A stretch of DNA of 64,000 nt from the NCBI GenBank assembly GCA_951406725.2, contig OX597835.1:47368001-47432000 (forward strand), given 5' to 3'. Position numbers and translations under genes: made by a program. The notes under the pieces were generated by a model. That model had not been told where the DNA came from, ran no database searches, and saw nothing but the letters and a program-made list of their open reading frames with translations. Within the stretch, counting starts at the first letter, position 1; each line of letters starts with the position of its first letter. Of the stretch, positions 1-12,314 are shown in pieces. This DNA is from Octopus vulgaris. Lineage: Eukaryota.

Positions 1-246
1 AAGGGTCACCACGTTGCCATAAAGAAATACTACCTTGCTTGGAAGCAGGAGAGTGTTGATGGAGGGAATGGCATCTGATTTTGGAAACTGTGCTCCTGCG
101 AACCCTCAGACACATTGGGAAGGCGTTGGAAAGGCATAGCAGACATTAAAGCAATGGTGGTGGTGGTGGTGGTGGTGGTGGTGGTGGTGGTGCCGATGAT
201 GATGATGATGATGATGATGTCTTTTCTTGTTTGTTCTTCATTGCAG

Positions 247-390
247 TACAAGAACAGGGAAATCCAGGATGTCCTGCAGAAAATGATGAATCGTTTTGTC
301 TGTTACCAGCAGTATCCTCTCTCAGACAAAATGATAGAAAACCTGAAGAACTTTCATCTGATGTGTCCACTGGAACCCTGTTTACCATCT
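247..390 (+). CDS. TRMT2B: TRMT2B-like m5U methyltransferase, first exon in window (gene 5'-partial)
   Basis: ttgcag|...|gtgagt; 144 nt, YKNREIQDVLQKMM...LMCPLEPCLPS; joins the next exon to give PSPVINGYR as in TRMT2 proteins. Confidence 0.85.
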
Positions 391-470
391 GTGAGTGAAG
401 GTTTTGATAATCATTGCTTGTAGAAATGAGGCGGGAAGATCTGTTTGATGGAAGTGGGACAGACTAAGAA

Positions 471-523
<53 letters not shown>

Positions 524-536
524 TATATAATATATC

Positions 537-572
<36 letters not shown>

Positions 573-653
573 GTGTATACATATGTATATATGGCGATTT
601 ATTTCATCATCATCATCGTAACGTCCCTTTCTCCGGATCTTTCCTTCTCCTAT

Positions 654-688
654 GTTTCCGACGAAGAGCTCTGCTTGAAACGTTAAAC
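654..688 (+). ncRNA. Minimal type-I hammerhead-like motif (family H1) in a ~200-bp element (about 592-795) between (TA)n tracts
   Basis: GTTT-CCGACGA-A-GAGC tct GCTT-GAAA-CG-T-T-AAAC: stem I GUUU/AAAC, stem II, palindromic ACGU stem III. Confidence 0.65.
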
Positions 689-789
689 CCCCGTCTTCCC
701 TTCCTTCCTGAGCGTCCAAGTGTAGTATATATTTATTTGTTCCACATCCTCACGTTGTTGTATATATATTTTGTGTTTTCTTATTTGGA

Positions 790-823
<34 letters not shown>

Positions 824-952
824 TGTATAAAAGTTGAATGTGGGTTCGTCCTTTAATTTGGAAGTTTCCAAAAATGATTTCTAATGTTGATTCTTCATAC
901 TTTGCTGGGAATTTACAGGCGTAAATTTGTGAAGATATGAAAGTAGCATTTG

Positions 953-1128
953 TATATAATATATGGTGAATTTATGAAATGGAGTCCCATAAAACTCATC
1001 AATTTTAGTTAAAAACTGAGCAGACAGGTTGTTAAAATATATTTTAACAACTTATCTCCTCCATTTTTTAACTAAAATTGATGAGTTTTATGGGACTTCA
1101 TTTCATAAATTCACCATATATTATATAT
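953..1128. repeat. Fold-back palindrome (about 85-bp arms) abutting (TA)n
   Basis: TATGGTGAATTTATGAAATGGAGTCCCATAAAACTCATCAATTTTAGTTAAAAA versus its reverse complement at about 1066-1120; centre GTTGTTAAAATATATTTTAACAAC. Confidence 0.9.
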
Positions 1129-1159
1129 ATATATATATGTATGTATATATATATACACG

Positions 1160-1762
1160 CCACTAAAGTGAACAAGGGCACTAATCAGCACCAGTGTTGC
1201 TAGAAATAAGAGTCAAACCAAATGAATAGCCACAGATAGCATTTGTTAATGAGCTGACAAGGGAGACAACCTCCCTGTGGTTGCAGCTATCGAGTTGTTT
1301 TGACTCCTATTTCTAGCAATACTGGTGCTGATTAGTGCCCTTACTCTTTTACTTGTTTCAGTCATTTGACTGCGGCCATGCTGGAGCACCGCCTTTTTTA
1401 GTCAAGCAAATCGACCCCGGGACTTATTCTTTGTAAGCCCAGTACTTATTCTATTGCTCCCTTTTGCCGAACCGCTAAGTGACGGCAACGTAAACACACC
1501 AGCATTGGTTGTCAAGCAATGCTAGGGGGACAAACACAGACACACAAACACACACATACATATATATATATATATACACATATACGACAGGCTTCTTTCA
1601 GTTTCCGTCTACCAAATCCACTCACAAGGCATTGGTCGGCCCGAGGCTATAGCAGAAGACACTTGCCCAAGATGCCATGCAGTGGGACTGAACCCAGAAC
1701 CATATCGTTGGTTAGCAAGCTACTTACCACACAGCCACTCTTGCCCTTGTTCACTTTAGTGA
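1160..1762. repeat. Fold-back element whose right arm is interrupted by a SINE
   Basis: Left arm about 1160-1235 pairs with about 1276-1342 plus 1749-1762; TGCCCTT duplicated at 1336-1342 and 1742-1748. Confidence 0.8.
1343..1741 (-). mobile_element. SINE family A (tRNA-like head, internal TA/TG microsatellite), full length
   Basis: Head GAGTGGCTGTGTGGTAAG...GGGTTCAGTCCC (A/B boxes), tail GGCGGTGCTCCAGCATGGCCGCAGTCAAATGACTGAAAC(AAGTAAAAGAGT). Confidence 0.9.
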
Positions 1763-1890
1763 CAAATATGATGATGATAATGAAGATTTAACTTGTAAAA
1801 TTGCAAATTAACCACCCATATTGTGTGTGTGTGTGTGTATCTAAAAACGCTGATGAATCGATTTCAGATTTTTTTGTTTTGTTTTTGCAG

Positions 1891-1981
1891 CCTGTTATCA
1901 ATGGGTATCGTTCCAAAGATGAGGTCACAACCGGAAAAGGGGTCGATAACAATGTGGCAGTCGGACTCACTGTCGGAAAAG
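1891..1981 (+). CDS. TRMT2B: TRMT2B-like exon 2 (window numbering)
   Basis: ttttgcag|...|gtaatc; 91 nt, PVINGYRSKDEVTTGKGVDNNVAVGLTVGK, ends phase 1. Confidence 0.9.
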
Positions 1982-2297
1982 GTAATCCTCTCATTTATCC
2001 ATCAGTTTATCCGTCTGTCTCTCATACCGCGCCTCCTCCTCCTCCTCCTTGATCATCATCACCATCATTGTCATCATCATTTTAATGCACGCTACTCCAT
2101 GCTTCTATGGAACAGACGACGGCAGAGATTCCACAGAGGGATGCTCTTCCCGTTGCTTACCTCCACCTGGTTCCAAGCAAGCTAAATGTTTGCCTCTTGG
2201 CCAACCATGTTCTTCACTAAAGACCAGAAACGGACAACATTCCTCGTATGATGATCATGATGCTTGCTTGCAACCATCACATGATGTCAAAACAAAG

Positions 2298-2333
<36 letters not shown>

Positions 2334-2338
2334 ACACT

Positions 2339-2377
<39 letters not shown>

Positions 2378-2416
2378 ATACACACACACTCATACACGCA
2401 CACACAAACACACACA

Positions 2417-2468
<52 letters not shown>

Positions 2469-2989
2469 GCGTGTGATTCTCTGTTTGTTTGTTTTTTGTG
2501 TCTTTGTTGCCGTACACATTCGCTAGCTTTCTTACCAAGGGGTCTAATGCTCTTAGCTTTGACTTTTTTGTGGGGCAACCAGATCTAACCGTCTCAAGTG
2601 TAACTGCCTATACAGACACAGAACGCGTGTCGATAGCCAGCTGGAAAAGATGTTTTCCTGGGGCTTAAACAGCAGTAGCATCGTCCTTTATAGGACAACC
2701 ACATTCTGTTGGCAGATAAACTTTACTATATGCATATATTTATGCGGAAGTATTCATTATGTCTTAAAACAACAAACACACATGGAGGGTGTATATTCAT
2801 GATGCTGTTGCATTCAGACTATTTCAAGGTGGGTGTGGCTTAAATCAAGGGGATTAGTGCAGTTAAGTCAGTTCTTTAATCAGAACCCACTTCTTTTATG
2901 TCCTATGTCAGCCATTGCGATGACAGCTGGTCAACAATTTCCCTGTTGGACGTCTGCAGCCATTCAATCATTTATGTTTCTGAAAGAAA

Positions 2990-3690
2990 GTCTGAGAGCG
3001 GAGAAGAATCAGCCTCAACACCAAGCTAAAAGTCTACCGGGCAGTCGTGCTTACCACCCTACTATATGGCTGCGAGACGTGGACTGCTTATCGAAGGCAC
3101 GAGCGCCAGATAAACCACTTCCACCTCAGGTGTCTTCGGAACCTCCTTCACATCCGCTGGCAGGACAAAGTCCCAGACACGGAAGTTCTGAAGCAGGCAG
3201 ATCTCCCTCGCACCATCACGATCATGCGCAAGGCCCAGCTGAGATGGGCGGGCCATGTCTCCCACATGTCCGACACTCGCATCCCAAAACAGCTCTTCTA
3301 CGGTGAACTCAGCCAGGGCAAATGCAAAGTCGGAGGGCAGAAGAAGCGCTTCAAGGACAGTCTCAAGGTCTCTCTCAAAGACTTCTCCATCGGCACAGAG
3401 ACTTGGGAGACACTTGCTGCCGACCGCTCATCCTGGCGCAGCGCAATCACCACAGGAGCAGGGACAGCTGAAGAGGGACGGATTCGGTCAGCAGAGCAGA
3501 AACGCCAGATGCGGAAAGCCAGAGCCGCCTGCACCAGTAGCACGGCCCCTACCCACTTCTGCCCCACCTGTGGGAGGGGCTTCCTTGCCCAGATTGGCCT
3601 CACCAGCCACCTCCGGTCTCATAGCGGCAGTTCCACCAGATGATGTCAGTGGTCATCTTCGAACCCGAAGGACGAACATTATTATTATTA
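2990..3690 (+). mobile_element. RTE-clade LINE, 5'-truncated 3' end with C-terminal C2H2 finger
   Basis: TKLKVYRAVVLTTLLYGCETW...QLRWAGHV..M.D.RIPKQLFYGEL...GGQKKRFKDSLK...CPTCGRGFLAQIGLTSHLRSH; short 3'UTR and (ATT)n tail. Confidence 0.93.
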
Positions 3691-3871
3691 TGTTTCTGAT
3701 GGGTTTACTTGGTAAATGCCAACACAAGTACAAAACTTGATCCTTAACGTATTACTGGTAGCAGGTTGGTAATTAACTCTGGCTTCCTTCTCTCTACAGA
3801 GAACATGAAGAGCAAGTCAGCTCAAGTGGGATTTGAACTTAGAATCATAATTAATACTTTCATAATGCTTT

Positions 3872-4559
3872 TTATTACCTCAGCCAAGGAAGGAGGTTAT
3901 ATTTTCATCGGCGTTGGCTTGTCCGTCTGTGGGCAAAATAACTCAAAAAGTTGTGAACAGTATTTGATGAAACTTGCAGGAAAAGTTGGTAATGACACAA
4001 GGAACAGATGATGAAATTGTGGTAGTGATCTGGGAATTTCTATGGATTCTTGAAGGATTTTTCATTTGTTATATTTACTTTACATAAAGTAAAACAATGT
4101 TACGTTCTTTGATTATCTCCCTTGAAAACACGTTCATCATTTCCATGTAACCTACGGTGGCGTTGCTGTTTCTAAAGTTTATTTTCGTTTCTCTATTAGT
4201 AATTTTACTCGTGTATCTATCTTAAAATGAGTTGCTTGGTGGAGGTCTGCGGAGAATGACATGACAAGCTTTGACTATTGGGATCGACTCAAAAATCCCA
4301 GGCTTTGCTCCCTCCACCGCCGTTGTGAAACTAGCTTGTTGCTGTCATTGATGTATTATAACTGCTTCAGATGATTCCTATTTTTAAAGGGTTTTTTTAA
4401 AAAATCATATGACTGTGTTATTTTTTTTTTAACCCCGCTAAGGAGGTTATGTTTTTGCTGGCGTTGGTTTGGAAAATTGGGCGATTTTCAGCATGCATGT
4501 ATATGGGTGGGAATGAGCTGCCTGGCAGAGGTCTGCTCTGCCTGAGTGGTTTTCTAGTT
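3872..4559 (+). mobile_element. Two Helentron/HINE-like non-autonomous elements (3872-4252, 4431-4559)
   Basis: Subterminal inverted repeat ACCTCAGCCAAG / CTTGGTGGAGGT, short 3' stem-loop and TTTTCTAGTT end. Confidence 0.6.
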
Positions 4560-4623
4560 TATATTTATTATTTGTTCTTTTATGTTACTTAGAATATTAT
4601 TTCTTGTTTGTTTTTCTACCCAG

Positions 4624-4694
4624 GGACCAGATCCTACACAGTACCCAACACTTACTTAGCCAATGTGGGAAGGAAACACAAGGAGATCACAAGG
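4624..4694 (+). CDS. TRMT2B: TRMT2B-like exon 3
   Basis: tacccag|...|gtaagt; 71 nt (2+69), (G)TRSYTVPNTYLANVGRKHKEITR; phases fit both neighbours. Confidence 0.8.
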
Positions 4695-4797
4695 GTAAGT
4701 CTTAGTCCAGTCATAAAGCCATGAAGAGAACTTAAATGCCCTTCTCATAATCCAAACAGTTTTTAAGGGATGGTTTTTGATATTTTGGGACAATGAT

Positions 4798-5082
4798 ATG
4801 AGTTACATTTACAGCCTCTGTAGCTTTATTTCGGCCTTTCATAGCTACACTTACGACCCTCATAGCTACGTTTACAACCCTCATAGCTACACTTACGACC
4901 CTCATTGCTACACTTACAACCTCCATAGCTACACTTACAACCTCCATAGCTACACTTACAACCTCCATAGCTACACTTACAACCTCCATAGCTACACTTA
5001 CAACCTCCATAGCTACACTTACAACCTTCGTAGCTACACTTACAGCCTCCATAGCTACACTTACAACCTTATAGTTACACTT
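4798..5082. repeat. 21-bp minisatellite CATAGCTACACTTACAACCTC
   Basis: About 11 good copies from 4840 plus degenerate flanking units. Confidence 0.95.
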
Positions 5083-6262
5083 GTATCTTGCATATTTTCT
5101 TGATGCTAATCTTAATCCATTTTGCCTGGTGTTTATCACTTCTTCTTGGTCCTTGTGTGCCTTTTAGTAAGGTGCACTCTGTTGTACATATTTGGGAGTG
5201 ACTTCTCTGGTTTGAGGGTCGCTTTCTCCTCTCCCACACCTGTAAAAACATGAAAGAAAAACACCCTTTACAAAAGGGGATCTCAACCATTCTTTATCTC
5301 TGGACCCCCAAGAGTCAAATGGACCCTAATTGAGGCTATTTCTTTATAGATTGACCCATGTCATATTAAGCTGCCATACAGCTCTTATCGAGCAACATGT
5401 GATCAAAAGCATTCCAGCCATGCCCACTCTGTTTTTGATTAAGTTATAATGTATCCAGAACGATATTATTCTAGGTATGTACTTTCCTTTGCTTTTCAAG
5501 AGGGTATGATGTGATTCGGTTTAGGTTAGGCTGCTTTTTCTTGCAGCCCAAGAAACCATGTTGATGCCTTTTCCTTTGGCTTGAAGGAACTGGTATTTGG
5601 CTTTGGTTTTGTTGCATGAAGTGGATGTGAGACAAACCTCCTCATGGATAAGTTACCAGCATGCCAAAAGTTAATCTTCCCTGAAGTTGAGTGGCTTAAC
5701 AGCACTGAGTGCCTCCTCCTCGTCCTCCTCCTTGTCCTTGTCCTCTCCCTCCTCCTCCTCTTCCTCCTCTTCCTCCTCCTCCTCCTCCTCCTCCTCTCTC
5801 CACCCCTCCTCGTCGTCCTCCTCCTCCTCCTCCTCCTCCTCCTTGTCCTCCTTCCTCCCTCCCTTCCCCTCCCTTCCCCTCCTCGTCCTCCCCCTCCTCC
5901 CCCCCTCCTCCTCTTCTCCCTCCTCCTCGTCCTCCTCCTTGTCCTCGCCCTCGTCCTCCTTCATGTCCTCCTCCTCCTCCTCCTTGTCTTCGTCCTTCTC
6001 ATCCTCCTCCTCACCATCATTATCATCATTACAGTCACAATCATGCAGCTGCCATCATCTTCATTACTCACAATCATTCATCACCCCCATCACCATCTCC
6101 CCTACCACTGCCACAATCATCATCACCATCATCATAGCACACTCTTTCACCATCACCACCACCACCACCATTTCACTGTCATCATCATCATCATCATCAT
6201 CAACAATGGAACTGCCGACCACTTCACTCATCACCTTTTCCTCCTTTTTGTTAATTTTCCAG

Positions 6263-6436
6263 GCGTTTGGAGATTTCATCAGCACGTCGTCCTTTGATCC
6301 TTTCATCTGGCCGGAATTCGAGGGTCTGGGAAAACCACACCAACCGACAGGACACTGGCGGATCATGTCAGTTCGCTCGTCAACACTTGGTCAGTCTATG
6401 GCCTACATTATCTTCCATCCACAGAGAAAGTCTGAG
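6263..6436 (+). CDS. TRMT2B: TRMT2B-like exon 4
   Basis: ttccag|...|gtttgt; 174 nt, AFGDFIST...GHWRIMSVRSSTLGQSMAYIIFHPQRKSE, matching the TRMT2 GxW..LTVR...MAI..FHPQ segment. Confidence 0.92.
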
Positions 6437-6682
6437 GTTTGTATATGACATGTTCCCATCATCACCACCACCACCTCCACCACCACCACCACCACCACCG
6501 CCGCCACCACCACTAACAACAACAACTTCTGGTGGTGGAAGTGGGGGAGAGCTTCGTTTCCAAAACTTTTCTTGGGTGGTTTTTCCATATGTAGAGAGGG
6601 AGAGAGCTCAAGGGGGACCTGCATTTAATCTGTAAATAAGTCAATGAGGGCAACAGGGTTGATGAGGGGAGAATATTAACCC

Positions 6683-6885
6683 ATCATCATCATCATCATC
6701 ATCATCTAACGTCTGTCCTCCCTGCTGGCATGGATCAGACGGTTTCACTTTTTTCAGCGTACTGGAGGCCTGCATCAAGTTCCACTGTCTGCTTTGGCAG
6801 GGTTTCCGCAGCTGGAGACCCTTCCTAATACCAACCACTTTACAGGGTGGCACTGGGTACTTTTTTCATGGCACTGGTGCTAGTT
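6683..6885 (-). mobile_element. Short retroposon ending in (TGA)n (RTE-type tail), family D
   Basis: Similar copies at about 7310-7515(+), 8940-9230(-), 14626-14840(+); related type at about 2070-2300(-), 11975-12175(-), 14900-15135(+). Confidence 0.65.
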
Positions 6886-7934
6886 GGGGTGGGGGTGGGG
6901 GTCACAACTCACAAATCAGAAAGAACACCTGATTGCGTAGGGGTTGTAGAGAAGAGAGGTGGCTTCGTGTCAGATGTTGAGAGGATAGATTAGGACAGAG
7001 AGAAAGAGGCACAGGTGTCTTGCATCAGAGGAGACACATGACCATCCTACAAGGATTGGCGGGGTGGGGAAAGGAACTGGAAAGAAGACGAAGGGGATGA
7101 CAATGAGGTGCAAGAGCACAATGCCAAGCTGCAAGAAGATGAGTATAAGAGAGAATATGAAGAGGATGAGGAAGAGTGGTGAGGAGGCTGAGTTTGTAAG
7201 AGTGTGAGAAGAGGGTGGAGGGGTTAGCTGTGTTAGCCTATAGAATCAGAAGACTTACAAAGGATATTTGCTGGAAGAATATGTAAGGAAGTGCAAGAAA
7301 TCGTACAAAGGTTGTGTGTGGCAGGTACTGTACCCGTACCATGTAGAAAGTACCCAGTACACTCTTTGAAGTGGTTGGGATTAGGCAGGGCATCCAGCTG
7401 TGGAAACCATGCCAAAGCAGACTGTTGGAAGCAGGGCAGCTCTCCAGCTGGCCATCACCCCTGTCAAAAGGTGCAACCCATGTCAGCTTGGAAAACGGAC
7501 ATTAAATGATGAGGATGTACCAAAACATGGCTGATGTTTGCAACATGAGTGCAAGAATCATAATGAAACTCTTACCTGTTTATTTTATACCAATTACAAG
7601 TGTTACTTTGCAGTATCACTTGTGGAGGTGCATGGCTAAGTGGTTAGGGTGTTGGCCTAATGATTGTAAGATTGTGGTTTCAATCCTTTGACCAGGCAAG
7701 GCATTGTTTTCTTGAGCAAACCATTTCATTTTACAATGATCCAGCCCACTTGCCTGCGACACACTGGTGACCCATCCTGAAGGGAATTTATATGCCACAG
7801 AAACTGGGAAACCGACCCCTATGAGTTTGTATGATTAGGCAAGGATCTTCTTTATCCTTCATCCTCATTGCAGGCTTTGGGACAGAGGAATATTTCTAGA
7901 TTTTTACGTGATTTTACAGAATGATTGCCATGGG

Positions 7935-8161
7935 TTAACCCCGTAACATTGTTAGCTTATTCATTTACATTGCTTTAAATTAATCGTTCATTTATCTCGT
8001 TGCTTTGATATTTGGATAATGTGATTGTATATTTCTAGAATGACATTGTAGGGTAGGTGTGAGAGGCTGGATTTGGCCAGTTTGAACATAAAAAACAAAT
8101 AGAATATTTGGGTCTTGTATCATCATCATCGTCATCATCGGATTAAATGCCGAAGGGTTAA
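7935..8161. mobile_element. piggyBac-like MITE
   Basis: TTAA|CCC...GGG|TTAA termini; inverted homolog at 13194-13422. Confidence 0.7.
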
Positions 8162-8440
8162 ACAGTTTTTCTGAAGTGCACGTGTGGCTGTGTGGTTATC
8201 AAGCTTGCTTCCCAACGATGTGTCTTTTGGTTCAATCCCATTGTGAGGCATTTTGGGCCAATGTCCTTCATAGTCACAAGTCTTCTCAGTAAAAATAGTC
8301 AGTGCAGATTTTACATTACGTTTGATAAAATAAGTTCCAGTTATATTCTGGGGATGGGGATGAAGCGAAAGTAAGATTTGACTCCTACATGGTATAAGTA
8401 CTTGTGTCACTGTGTCCCAATAATAACAATAATATTGCAG

Positions 8441-8535
8441 GATATTCAAATGAAGGCCAAAGAAGAATTATTGAACTATTTTCAAAATGGTCCAGGAAGA
8501 CTTTGTGGCTTGGACACCCTTTTTTTCCAACCAAC
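8441..8535 (+). CDS. TRMT2B: TRMT2B-like exon 5
   Basis: ttgcag|...|gtaagt; 95 nt, DIQMKAKEELLNYFQNGPGRLCGLDTLFFQP (cf. TRMT2B GPGAACGLTSLYFQ). Confidence 0.9.
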
Positions 8536-8576
8536 GTAAGTTCTCACCTTCTTTGTCAGTTTAATAATAATAATAA

Positions 8577-8661
<85 letters not shown>

Positions 8662-9289
8662 CTTCTTCTTCTTCTTCTTCTTCTTCTTCTTCTTCTTCTT
8701 CTTCTTTCTTCTTCTTCTTCTTCTTCTTCTTCTTCTTCTTCTTCTTCTTCTTCTTCTTCTTCTTCTCCCCCTCCCCTCCACCGCCAGTGTGCAGCCTATC
8801 CTTTGTCTTTTTTTCATTCCCCCTTTGCCAGGGCTACAGATTCCGCTTCTTTGTGTATTGCATCAGTTGGTCTTGCTGTTGTGTTTTGCCTGTTGTTTCT
8901 TGTGTTATATTATTTGTGTTTGTTGTATTTAGTGTGAGTTACATCATCATCAACAACATCAACATCATTTGATGTCTGTCTTCCGCATTGGGATGAGTCA
9001 GACTGTTTGACAAGAACTGGCCAACCAGAGAGCTGCACCAGATGCCACTCGTCTGCCTTGGCTCTGCTTCCCACAGCTGGATGCTGCCCTCCCCAATGCC
9101 AACCACTTTATGCTGTGTACTTGGTGCTTTTTACAGGGTACCAGCACCAGCAGCAGGGTTGCCGAGTAACTTGCAAGACAAAGACCCCTTGGCTGGAACT
9201 GAGGGAGGTGGTTTGTGCCAGGTGAGAGATTAAAGTATAAGGGAGGGGTAGATATAGGGGTCATGTTTTACTTCATTTGGTGCTTATTG

Positions 9290-9700
9290 TATAGGGGACT
9301 AAATGGTACGGCTAATGAAGAAGGGAGCATCTCTGAAATTGAAAGGAGAGGTGTATGATGCCAGTGTGAGGTGGGCCCTTAATTATAGGAATGAGGTGTT
9401 GGTGATGAATAGAGACTGGCAGGGAAGGCTGGAAAGAATAGAGATGAGAATGGGCTGGGGGATGAGCAGAGAGAGAGAGGGTGGGGGCGGAGGAGGACAA
9501 GTGGTGGATTGCATGGAATGATGAGAACTGAATTAGTAATTAATTAAAAAAGAAATGGGATAACATAGTTAGGTCATGTGCTGACAGATGATAACTGTGA
9601 CTGGGGGAGAGGAAATGAATGAAAGGAAATGGAAGAATTCTGAGAAAGATATGGCTAAAGATGGTGGAGTAGGAAATAAGGATTAGCGGGGTTGATGACT
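9290..9700 (+). mobile_element. Highly degenerate RTE LINE fragment
   Basis: GASLKLKGEVYDASVR...RLERIEMRM resembles the RTE post-RT region. Confidence 0.6.
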
Positions 9701-9882
9701 AGGGGGATGTAGATTATCAATCAAAATAAAAGAAAACTAGTATGGAGCTTCCCACGTTATCCCATACTTCAGTAAGGAAAACACCATTAAAATTCTCGCT
9801 GTTGTTAATGTGTAAGAGGGAGCTAAATATTAAACAATGTTTGATACTGACATCCAATGCCTTACTGCTGTTTCTGTTTCAG

Positions 9883-10097
9883 ACTCAGTTCCAGAGCCAA
9901 TGCAGGAATTGTGCCATTCCAGTTGCTCTATGGTCAACCGTACATTACTGAACGCCTGCTCAACTGTACATTCCGAATATCCATAGACTCTTTCTTTCAG
10001 ATCAACGTCAGTGCTGCTGAGGTGTTGTATTCTGTCATCAAAGATTGCGCCAAGTTAAAACCAACTGATGTATTCCTTGACATCTGCTGTGGAACTG
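9883..10097 (+). CDS. TRMT2B: TRMT2B-like exon 6 (motif X FFQ, SAM-binding motif I)
   Basis: tttcag|...|gtaagc; 215 nt, ...PFQLLYGQPYITERLLNCTFRISIDSFFQINVSAAEVLY...FLDICCGT(G). Confidence 0.96.
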
Positions 10098-10249
10098 GTA
10101 AGCCATTATTGTTTCAATGACTCTTAGTTGGTAGTTTATTGTTGGTAGTCCACTATTAGGAAGGCACTATATGTGAAGGCAACGATGACTACACAAAGAT
10201 TTGTATGAATTCTTCATATTTCTAATTACCCAGAACATTTGAATTTACA

Positions 10250-10990
10250 TATTACTTACCTGTTACCCATTTCAGCGACCATGCTGCAGTGCCACTTTAA
10301 AGGGTTTAGTCTAACAAACTAACCCCAGTACATATTTCTTAGCCTGGGACTTATTCTGTTGGTCTCTTTTGCTGAACTGTTAAGTTATAGGAATGGAAAA
10401 AAAACAGTGGTTCTCAAGTAGTGGCGGACAAACACACATACGTATGTATATGCACACACACACACACACATACATGCATACACACACACACACACACACA
10501 TGCACACACTTACTATGGGATTCCACACAGTTTCCATCTACCAGATTCACTCGCAAGACATTAATCAGCCCAGGGCTATTGTAGAAGACATTTGCCCAAG
10601 GTGCTGTGCAATGGGACTGAACCTGAAGTTATATATTTACAAAGTGAGATTCTTATCGCACCATCATACCTCTGTACAACATCATACAAATGATAATGAA
10701 TGTGGTATTATTAACATTTATTGTATAAAATATTCCAATCACATGGTTCTGGGTTCAGTCCCACTGCGTGGTACCTTGGACAACTGTCTTCAACTGTTGC
10801 CTTGTGAGTGGATTTGGTAGATGGAAACTGTAAGAAGCCTGTTTATGTGTGTGCGTTTGTCCTCTACCACCTCTTGACAAATAAGTTACAGGCTTTAAGT
10901 ACTGTGGCTGATTTGTTTGACAAAAACCTTCTAGGTGGTGCCCCAGCGTGGTCGTCGTCCAATAGCTGTAACAAGTAAATGATAAATGAT
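10250..10990. mobile_element. Two degenerate SINE-A copies in opposite orientation (about 10250-10665 minus, 10735-10990 plus)
   Basis: Recognisable B-box, body and tail segments in both orientations. Confidence 0.75.
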
Positions 10991-12212
10991 GAAAATCATT
11001 CATAGTTTATTAAAGACAAAATAAGTATAAAACAGTGAGAACACCCTCTCACAAAATTGACCGACAGAGCTCTGTGTAACAGCTAAGGTTGTTCTATATG
11101 GAAACTCAAAATCTCAGTTTTTTATAATGCTTCGTGCAACTTCTAGAAAATTTGACCAAATTATTTGACAGGAAATTTTCAGCTTGCTTGGTTACACACC
11201 TGCAAATTTGACTGGCTGGGTTATATGTGTGTATGCATTAACACCTTTTATGGTGACACAACTGATTTTTCGAAACTGGCCCTTGACTTTTGTGGTTGAA
11301 TGATAGACTACAATCCTGAGTTGGGGTACCTGAATATCATGGTTCAAAATTCTGCTGGAGTCTTCTTACATTGTTATTGTTATGGTTGCTAAGTAACACT
11401 AAGTTGGCCCTGATTGAGCAGTTTTACAGCACACAAGCTGTCAGCTAAATGGTAAAGTACTTGCTGTGGAGTCACCATCATACTTTTGCCATGCTTACCC
11501 TACTGCCTTGCTTGAGGACAACTCATGTTGTTGTGTTGGCTGAGGTCAGCCTTGATCAAGTAGACAAAAGCTGGTTGAATGACAAGGCATGATCCATCGA
11601 TAATATATTCCCAGTTATACTGTATCACCTCCGTCCAGCAGTTGACCATACTACACATTCCAGCACACAGTCTGGACATATTGCAGGATAGTCTGACAGT
11701 CTGGACATATTGCACTCTGTACACCATTGTGTCAACTCTGGTATTCTTGTAGATCCTGGTGGTGACCTCAGACGATACGGGGAAGGTAGACTTAGTCAAA
11801 TCATGACAGTTGCTATTCCCCTGTACTTACTGTGAGCTGTGTGCACCCCATGTTGTAAGCATGCCTGGGTGTGCTGAGGTAGTTTTCCATTGAGCAACAA
11901 AGAGTGTAACAGCTGAAGCTAGTCATAGCAACAAGCTATGTATCTCACTTGCCCACCTGTTATTCTCTTCCTCATCCTCATCATCATTATGATGTCCACT
12001 TTTCCACACTTGCATGAGTTAGATGGAATTTCTGTGACTGGATTCCATTCCTGTTGCCAACACTGACCTGGTTCCAAGTCTGTTGATGCTTCCCTGTGTC
12101 TAAAAATGTTTACACGTGAGATTGGAAATGAAGGACATTGCTTGTGGCACCATTTTCATCACACCTCTGTGACACGGTCATTGATTCTAAAATTGTCTTG
12201 TTTTAATTTCAG

Positions 12213-12314
12213 GTTCAATTGGTATCTCGATGGCAGCCAGCGCCAAAAGACTGTTTGGTGTGGAAATTATCCAGCAAGCCATCGATGACGCTAAACTAAA
12301 TGCAAAACTAAACA
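12213..12314 (+). CDS. TRMT2B: TRMT2B-like exon 7
   Basis: tttcag|...|gtaagt; 102 nt, GSIGISMAASAKRLFGVEIIQQAIDDAKLNAKLN. Confidence 0.95.

Noticed and set aside
4732-5139. Repetitive ORFs (VVSVAME / HSYTYNL) or a CRISPR-like array
   Set aside because: Contiguous 21-bp minisatellite in an intron, no spacers, eukaryotic context.
5644-6448. Long Pro/Ser/Leu/Glu-rich ORFs
   Set aside because: Translations of (CCT)n and (CAT)n; only 6263-6436 is a real exon.
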